In this document: in pieces, positions 1-5,545 of the stretch
How positions within the stretch are numbered: the first letter of the stretch is position 1
How the letters are laid out: each line of letters opens with the position of its first letter
Assembly: GCA_038217285.1 (NCBI GenBank)
Contig: JBBQPO010000193.1
Span: 1 to 11,871 of the forward strand
DNA: 11,871 bases
Source: Chthonomonadales bacterium
GTDB taxonomy: Bacteria > Armatimonadota > Chthonomonadetes > Chthonomonadales > Chthonomonadaceae
Direction: 5' to 3'
Made by a program: the position numbers and the translations under genes
Notes under the pieces: generated by a model
What the model saw: the letters and a program-made list of their open reading frames with translations, nothing else
What the model was told of the DNA's origin: nothing
The model's database searches: none

Positions 1-692
1 GACCAGATCTCCCGCGTCTCCGGAAAATGCACGATGGACTTCTCTGGATTGCACGGCCAGGGCTCGTCCTTCTGTCCGGGGGCGAGCGGAGCGCCGAGCG
101 TGTGCATGCACGGCACGACGCGCTTCTCGCCGGTGTCTATCTCCGCGAAGACCGGCTGGCCGATGCGGGCCATGATGCGCATACTGACGACGACATAGGG
201 CGAATCGGTCAGTTGCACACCGATCTGCGACATGGGCGAACCGATCGGCCCCATGCTGAACGGCAGCACATACATCGTCCGACCGCGCATCGAGCCTTCG
301 AACAGCTTCTTCAGCTTACGTCGCATCTTGAACGGCTCTTCCCAGTGGTTGGTAGGTCCGGCCGCCTCCTTCGAGAGCGAGCAGATAAACGTCCGATCTT
401 CCACCCGCGCGACGTCGTTGGCGTCGGAGCGCGCGTAGTAACAGCCCGGCCACAACGCCTCATTGAGCTTGAGGAAAGTGCCGCCTTCGACCATCTGCGC
501 GCAGAGAGCATCGTACTCTTCCTGAGAGCCGTCCACCCAATGGATCGTGGCAGGCTGCGTGAGCCGCGCCATCTTATCGACCCACTTCAGAAGGTGGACA
601 TTTTTACTCAGCGGGGCCGAAAGGGCACGACCACTCCAGGCCGCGTCTGCGTCATGCGCGGGAATCGCCTCGTTGGGTTTGGGTGTTTCCAT
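1..692 (-). CDS. pckG: Phosphoenolpyruvate carboxykinase (GTP), 5' part; continues past the left edge of the window
   Basis: Hand translation from ATG at 692 is open to the window edge: [64 protein letters not shown]...[20 protein letters not shown]...AGPTNHW...[44 protein letters not shown]...[20 protein letters not shown]. These are characteristic GTP-PEPCK N-terminal motifs. No Shine-Dalgarno is visible before the ATG. Confidence 0.95.
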   Translation of the reverse strand, partial: METPKPNEAIPAHDADAAWSGRALSAPLSKNVHLLKWVDKMARLTQPATIHWVDGSQEEYDALCAQMVEGGTFLKLNEALWPGCYYARSDANDVARVEDRTFICSLSKEAAGPTNHWEEPFKMRRKLKKLFEGSMRGRTMYVLPFSMGPIGSPMSQIGVQLTDSPYVVVSMRIMARIGQPVFAEIDTGEKRVVPCMHTLGAPLAPGQKDEPWPCNPEKSIVHFPETREIW

Positions 693-701
693 GTTCTATA
701 T
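630..701. repeat. Direct repeat A, left copy (first 21 codons of pckG plus 9 nt upstream)
   Basis: 72 bp matching 5437-5508 at 70/72 positions (mismatches 644/5451 and 693/5500), aligned by hand. Confidence 0.97.
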
Positions 702-904
702 CGCAGGGGGCCGGCGCTTCAGGGCGATCCGCGAAGGGAGACTCCTCACGCGAAATTGTTCTTTCACGACAGGGTCTTACAATTCAACCCCACTGTATTC
801 CTTTCGGTCTATTATTCTGACCTCGCTTGTCGGCTTACTCGGTCGTTCGAAGCACAACCCCTGAGAAGCCCGGATGCTTCGCAGGAGGCACAGGACAATA
901 GCAG
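702..904 (-). other. 203-bp segment found only in the left repeat copy; predicted pckG 5' leader and candidate structured RNA or small insertion
   Basis: Lies between repeat A and repeat B, which are directly adjacent in the right copy (5508/5509). Sits between a promoter and the pckG ATG. Hand-found stems: 711-724 with 859-873, 730-752, 769-796, 806-822. Confidence 0.5.
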
Positions 905-931
905 TATAGACGAATCCCTCGTGCAAGTCTA
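903..931 (-). promoter_or_regulatory. Putative sigma70 promoter of pckG
   Basis: Minus strand reads TAGACT (931-926), a 17-nt spacer, then TATACT (908-903). Confidence 0.6.
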
Positions 932-941
932 CGGTAATGAC
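905..941. repeat. Direct repeat B, left copy (promoter plus last codons and stop of the FAD oxidoreductase)
   Basis: 37 bp matching 5509-5545 at 33/37 positions (mismatches at 916, 932, 935, 938). Confidence 0.93.
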
Positions 942-997
942 ATACCTGTTCAGACTTACTCGAGTGATATTACGGCCATCACATGCCTCCCCTGAAG

Positions 998-1460
998 ATG
1001 ACCCAGCAACTGATCCAGCCCTTCCTGGCGGGTGTAGAGGGCGTCATCTCCGCCCTCCAGACCCTGTACGACAAGTGCCTGGAGCGCTCGAGGCGGACGG
1101 CAAGACAGACCCTTACCTGGCGTACATTCGGCAGCAGATCAGCAACTGGCACATCCTCTGGGCGGAATGGCATCTGCTGTCAAACTGTTGCGCCGAAGCC
1201 TAAGTCCCCATGCTGTTGGTGGTTCCTGCGGACCAGAGACCTCTGAGCAATGACGACGATTACGCCATCCTTTCTACCTTTCGGAACCCCCTACTCGTTC
1301 TCGCCTCGGCGCTCATCAAACACCCCTATCACTCCCCGCGACCTGTTTGGACATCTTGTGGGGTCTTACATCGCCGGTACAGGAGACGAAATAGGCCCTG
1401 TATGCGCCGAAACGGTGTGTGCGTTCTGCGTCCGCGTTCGGTGCGACCTAGGACGCTCCG
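998..1460 (+). pseudogene. Probable decayed hypothetical gene
   Basis: Protein-like blocks with GC-rich codons in successive frames: MTQQLIQPFLAGVEGVISALQTLYDKCL, frameshift near 1080, ALEADGKTDPYLAYIRQQISNWHILWAEW..., TAA at 1201-1203, VPMLLVVPADQRPLSNDDDYAILSTFRNPLLVLASALIK, frameshift near 1320, TPITPRDLFGHLVGSYIAG. No family recognised. Confidence 0.3.
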
Positions 1461-1461
1461 G

Positions 1462-1626
1462 GATACCATTCCGGCTTGACGGCAGCCGTCGGGCGCGCTC
1501 GCCACGCTGGAGCGCCTGGCCGCAATCCCCGAAGAAGAGCTGTGGCTGCAAAATCAGCGCAGTGCTCACACGCGCTGAGCCTACGAAGAAGATGTCCGTT
1601 ACTTCATGCAGATCGCAGCAGGCATT
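1462..1626 (+). pseudogene. N-terminal remnant of a tyrosine recombinase (integrase/XerD-like, core-binding SAM-like region)
   Basis: Frame 1 reads DTIPA*RQPSGALATLERLAAIPEEELWLQNQRSAHTR*AYEEDVRYFMQIAAGI. This fits the W-L-x4-S-x-x-T-R-R-A-Y-x-x-D-V-x-x-F helix pattern of integrase N-terminal domains (recognised from memory). In-frame TGA codons at 1477-1479 and 1576-1578. The catalytic domain is absent. Confidence 0.7.
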
Positions 1627-1658
1627 ATGAGAATATTAGCTCTTGGGGCTATTTGCAC

Positions 1659-4106
1659 TCAGATTTCAATTTCGATCTCAACTGGGGTCGCGGTTGGTGT
1701 AGTAATCAGAGACGCAACTTGTGTGTAAATATCGACATTGATTGGTGGAGTTTCAATGGAGACAATCAGGGCATAGCGGGCAGGCCTATTCCATCTTCCT
1801 ATTGTGTGTCTTTCACGCCACCATCCTGCCGATGGCCTGATAGCGATGAAATTTGAACTCGCCAAGTCGGCTGCAGTCCCTGTCCATATATCCGAATGGA
1901 TCGAGCCAACATCCCTTTGTTGGCCTAATAGCCAGTGTGAGGATGGAGAAGAGGTGTCAGGTGAACCCTCATCTTCGGACCTTGCCTGTGCATTGACCCG
2001 TTTATGAAAATCTTCCTTACTTTCGCTGGGTTCATTCAAATCGAAACGAAGACCATGTGACGCATAACGGTATCTATCTTTCCAACCTTTTTCGCCTGGG
2101 CCAGGCTCTATGAAATAGGAAAGCGTGATTCTAAGTTGAACTTCTAAGCCACCGAGTTGCTGTAATTCTTCATGCGGCCACGGTAGTTCATAAAAGTGGA
2201 GTTCATTCGTTCCGTAACCGCTGGTGGTTTCCTTCTTTTTGAATGGCTGAAGCTGTGCCTCGCTGACGAGGGTTAGCCGGTTTCTAAGGCAATGCAGTGC
2301 TATGTCAAGCTGTGGAACGCCATACCCACAGCTTCGCAGTAGATTCCTATATCCACCTTTCCCAGAGCTTGGTGGAACCTGTGCCTTCATCGCTTCTGTC
2401 CATCTCGCGGAATGTACAAGCAGCCCACGAACTGTTTCCGGCCATAGATTGGGATACTCGGCATAGATATTGGCGGCGAGATGAGATGCTTGCGCAGTCG
2501 CTGCACTCGTCTGTCCAAACAAAGTGAAATGTTTATTGGTGTATTTGTGGTGCGTTGATAGAACGAGCAAATCGTCTATTTCTTCTGCAAGACCACCGGG
2601 GGTTGTGGCGATATTGCCACCTTCCAAAACAATTTCGGGCTTAATGGGCCATAAGCGTGATGACCAACTGATGGATGTCGTACTGGTTGGAGAGAGGGTA
2701 CCTGCCTGCGCAATGGGATTGTATCCTACCAACTGTGGATTCGATATTTGAATTTTATTCGTATAAGCCCCGATGGTTAAAGCGTTCCATGACTGGGCAG
2801 GATCATATACATCGTTTGTGGAGTTACTTATCGGGTAATTTGCCCACTCAAGCGGATCGATAATATTTCCAGCACTGACAAGAATAAGACGGCGAGTCTC
2901 ATCATCGTATCCGCTAGCAAGTTTGTCAAGCATTGCAGACCAAGATGTTGGTCTGCCTTGGTCACGTGTGTCATCCGCCGCGACCGCCATGCAGATAACA
3001 CGCCTACGATAGGGTGCCTGAACCTCAGCCCGGAAAATTCCCTGGGCTGTCATATCACCCCAAAGTTCTATGGGATTACTTTGTCCAGATGGCGGCAGAA
3101 TCTTCGCTGACTCAAGCCGATGGCGTACATTTATCGTGGTGTTGCTGTCTACAGCTTCCTGAACATCGCCGAATATAGAGATACCTGCCATTGACGTCCC
3201 GTGCCCAAAACGATGGTGATCTTCTTTCCCCCATTCCGCCTTGACTGTGTGCAAGTCATCGGTGGATAGGACTGGCGATATCATGGGATGCCCTGAGTTG
3301 ATTCCATTATCCAAGATGCAGACGGAGACATTTGATGGGTCATCGAATGTAACCCGCTTCATTAGGTCTTCTACCCATTCCGCCTGTTCTTGGTTATCAA
3401 CCTCATAAAAATAAGAACACGTCTCGCGTGCCGCTCGCAATTCTGCCAACTGGTCCGATACAAGCAACAGACGGAGTAATTGCTCTTGATTAGCATTAAG
3501 CAGAAGAACCGATCGCTCAGGGAATATCAATACAGACGACGTCTCACGTTCGTGAATGCCGAGGCCTGAAACAACCGTGCGGAATTTTGTTATATCTTTA
3601 GGGGAATCTGACGACAGCCAGACCTCAACCCAGCGCGGTTCCCGTTGCGGTATTTTTGTTTCATCATCCGTCCAGAAAGATTTCAGAACAGCCACACGAA
3701 TATCTTCTATGCTCGTAACCAGTAACTGATTCCGTGGTTTAACTTTTGCAGGATCAAGGCTTACAGTGTTTTTGTCCCTGTAGGCTTCTATTTTCTTGAG
3801 GAAATGTCTGCTCTTTTCTTTCGGTACATATACCGTAGCCAATTGGATCTCCCGTCCCTCCTCGGAACGAGTTCGTACATTTAGTAGGCGAATATCAGCG
3901 GGCAGATATTCAAGGCTCTGTACTTTTACGTCATATCCGGCCGCGCATTCAAATTCCAAGTAAACCCCCTTCCTAGTGGCGTAGGAGGTCGCTTGAATAT
4001 TTTGGCTGGCATTCCAAGCAGCATCAAACCGTGCTATTAGCTGGTCTGCGTGTGCCACGCGGTCGCGGAGCGGAATAGGCGGAATGCTATCAGGATCTCT
4101 TCCCAT
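1659..4106 (-). CDS. ietS: S8 family subtilisin-like serine protease, IetS/Y4bN-like; frame stays open upstream to 4181, likely start ATC at 4178
   Basis: Catalytic Asp (VCILDNG), His (GHGTSMAG), oxyanion Asn (VSAGN) and Ser (GQTSAATA). Also the KPEIVLEGGN, WPETVRGLLVHSARWT and GYGVP motifs typical of AAA-ATPase-associated subtilases. No signal peptide evident. Lies directly downstream of the AAA ATPase. Confidence 0.9.
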   Translation of the reverse strand: MGRDPDSIPPIPLRDRVAHADQLIARFDAAWNASQNIQATSYATRKGVYLEFECAAGYDVKVQSLEYLPADIRLLNVRTRSEEGREIQLATVYVPKEKSRHFLKKIEAYRDKNTVSLDPAKVKPRNQLLVTSIEDIRVAVLKSFWTDDETKIPQREPRWVEVWLSSDSPKDITKFRTVVSGLGIHERETSSVLIFPERSVLLLNANQEQLLRLLLVSDQLAELRAARETCSYFYEVDNQEQAEWVEDLMKRVTFDDPSNVSVCILDNGINSGHPMISPVLSTDDLHTVKAEWGKEDHHRFGHGTSMAGISIFGDVQEAVDSNTTINVRHRLESAKILPPSGQSNPIELWGDMTAQGIFRAEVQAPYRRRVICMAVAADDTRDQGRPTSWSAMLDKLASGYDDETRRLILVSAGNIIDPLEWANYPISNSTNDVYDPAQSWNALTIGAYTNKIQISNPQLVGYNPIAQAGTLSPTSTTSISWSSRLWPIKPEIVLEGGNIATTPGGLAEEIDDLLVLSTHHKYTNKHFTLFGQTSAATAQASHLAANIYAEYPNLWPETVRGLLVHSARWTEAMKAQVPPSSGKGGYRNLLRSCGYGVPQLDIALHCLRNRLTLVSEAQLQPFKKKETTSGYGTNELHFYELPWPHEELQQLGGLEVQLRITLSYFIEPGPGEKGWKDRYRYASHGLRFDLNEPSESKEDFHKRVNAQARSEDEGSPDTSSPSSHWLLGQQRDVGSIHSDIWTGTAADLASSNFIAIRPSAGWWRERHTIGRWNRPARYALIVSIETPPINVDIYTQVASLITTPTATPVEIEIEI

Positions 4107-4181
4107 GCGAGGGCGCGTGTAGCTGATCCCCTGAGCTTTATCGACAAGGAAAAGGATTGGGAGATTGTTTGCTGCGATGAG

Positions 4182-5147
4182 TTATTGTCCCCCATTCGTA
4201 TGTTTCCGCTCGGCAAGTGCGGCTTCCAATCTTGATAAACTAATGGCTTTAATGTCCTGAAGGATCGCTTCTTTCAAAGCATCTTGGCATGCCTGAACAA
4301 TTTCGGCACTACTCAATCCCTCGCTAGCCGATACGGCTTCTTTCCATTTGAACCGTACTCCGATAAACGTCCCTATTGTGTTGGCAATCAGTCGATGTCT
4401 GTCTTCTTCTTGCGGATATTCATAAATGAGCAAGTCATCGAATCTGCGAAAGAGCGCTTTATCCAGTAGACCTGGGCTATTTGTCGCAGCAACGATCAGA
4501 CTATCGGATGAGTCCTGCTCGATAAACTGCAGCAGCGATGTGAGTACACGGCGCATTTCACCAACATCATTGCCTCGCTCGCGTCCACCACCAAGCGCGT
4601 CAAATTCGTCGAAGAGATAGACTCCTTCCCGCTCCCGGATCATATCAAACATTTGCCGTAAGCGGGCACCGGTTTCTCCCATGAATTTGGTAATCAGGCG
4701 ATCCGCCTGCACTGTATAGAGCGGTAGGCGTAACTCACTGGCTAGCACCTTCGCAGTCAGTGTTTTTCCTGTTCCTGGGGGGCCGTTCAGAAGAATCTTG
4801 CGACGATGTTGAAGGCCATGTTGCTTCAGTTTATCGCGTTGACGAAACTCGTAAAGGATGCGCTCGATACGGGCTATGAGAGGTTGAGGCAGGACGAGTG
4901 AGGCAAGAGAAACGCCAGGTAAGTCGATACGCACTAGGCTTTCAAGCTCTGGAGAAAACTTACCGATAGACGCTTTTTTTCGGTCACTGCGGGTCTTGTC
5001 CACCAAGTCACGAATTTCGTGTGCGAGTGCCCCATGTCCTTGGTGGGCTTCGTGAGCAGCTACCTGTAGTGCCAGGGTAAAGACACGTTCCTCGTCGTCA
5101 CTAAAGAGTGACCGGATTAACGCTTTGATTTGCTCTGCAGTCGCCAT
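4182..5147 (-). CDS. ietA: AAA+ ATPase, IetA/Y4kL-like (321 aa)
   Basis: Walker A GPPGTGKT, Walker B YLFDEFD, sensor-1 AATN, Arg finger ALFRRFD. Start moved from 5189 to ATG 5147 (MATAEQIKALIRS), which has the SD GGAG 6 nt upstream. Confidence 0.92.
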   Translation of the reverse strand: MATAEQIKALIRSLFSDDEERVFTLALQVAAHEAHQGHGALAHEIRDLVDKTRSDRKKASIGKFSPELESLVRIDLPGVSLASLVLPQPLIARIERILYEFRQRDKLKQHGLQHRRKILLNGPPGTGKTLTAKVLASELRLPLYTVQADRLITKFMGETGARLRQMFDMIREREGVYLFDEFDALGGGRERGNDVGEMRRVLTSLLQFIEQDSSDSLIVAATNSPGLLDKALFRRFDDLLIYEYPQEEDRHRLIANTIGTFIGVRFKWKEAVSASEGLSSAEIVQACQDALKEAILQDIKAISLSRLEAALAERKHTNGGQ

Positions 5148-5226
5148 ATATATCTCCGAGGGAGGCCATATAATCCAAAATGACAGCATTCTGGCTTAAG
5201 AACACTGCATGCCCTCTATGTTGTAA

Positions 5227-5499
5227 CTATAGTTCGTTACCTATATTCGGAAATCCTCCGCTCGTTATTATCGGACGCATTGTTTGGCAGATCTCCACTT
5301 GTCTTTGTTGTTGACGACTGTGCCCAAAATTCGACTTGGGCGGCCCTTGTCCAAGTTGGTTCCTCTGCCCCATTCTGAAAGTTCGCGCTCTACTTCGTGC
5401 CGAGATCGTCTTTGTTGCCGACGAGATTGCTGCGATACCACTCCAGGCCGAGTCTGCGTCATGCGCGGGAATCGCCTCGTTGGGTTTGGGTGTTTCCAT
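5227..5499 (-). pseudogene. Truncated pckG stub (21 codons, 5499-5437) fused in frame to 69 codons of island sequence
   Basis: [21 protein letters not shown] matches the PckG N-terminus except A17S, then runs into unrelated sequence from 5436. Confidence 0.85.
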
Positions 5500-5545
5500 A
5501 TTCTATATTATAGACGAATGCCTCGTGCAAGTCTATGGCAAGGAC
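5437..5545. repeat. Direct repeats A+B, right copy (contiguous 109 bp)
   Basis: 5437-5508 matches 630-701 and 5509-5545 matches 905-941. Confidence 0.97.
5507..5535 (-). promoter_or_regulatory. Putative sigma70 promoter, leaderless geometry, pointing into the pckG stub and ietAS
   Basis: TAGACT (5535-5530, overlapping the oxidoreductase TAG stop), a 17-nt spacer, perfect TATAAT (5512-5507), 7 nt, then ATG at 5499. Confidence 0.65.

Larger units (their letters stand above)
942..5436. mobile_element. Degenerate integrative island carrying an ietAS-like module, inserted at the pckG promoter/5' end
   Basis: Flanked by direct repeats of host sequence and contains a recombinase remnant. The core has lower GC (sample line 2041-2100 is 28/60 GC, against 42/60 for line 6361-6420). 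Separates the oxidoreductase from pckG. Confidence 0.8.

Noticed and set aside
702-904. Assignment of the leader to glycine, c-di-AMP or c-di-GMP riboswitches, or to 6S RNA
   Set aside because: Only short isolated resemblances (CUCAGG, CCGAA, GGGGUUGAAU), not in the required order or structure. A covariance-model search is needed.
27-995. 322-aa plus-strand ORF
   Set aside because: Antisense shadow of pckG. The [21 protein letters not shown] segment it shares with ORF 5284-5781 simply reflects the DNA repeat.
1627-1658. Intrinsic terminator after ietS
   Set aside because: Only a 4-bp stem (TAGC/GCTA) and no U-tract.
5148-5189. ORF-track N-terminal extension of the ATPase (MLSFWIIWPPSEIY)
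   Set aside because: ATG 5147 has a good SD and gives the family-like N-terminus.
630-5545. Flanking repeats as an assembly artefact
   Set aside because: The copies differ by 6 substitutions and a 203-bp indel and have distinct flanks. A strain-chimeric assembly cannot be fully excluded without reads.
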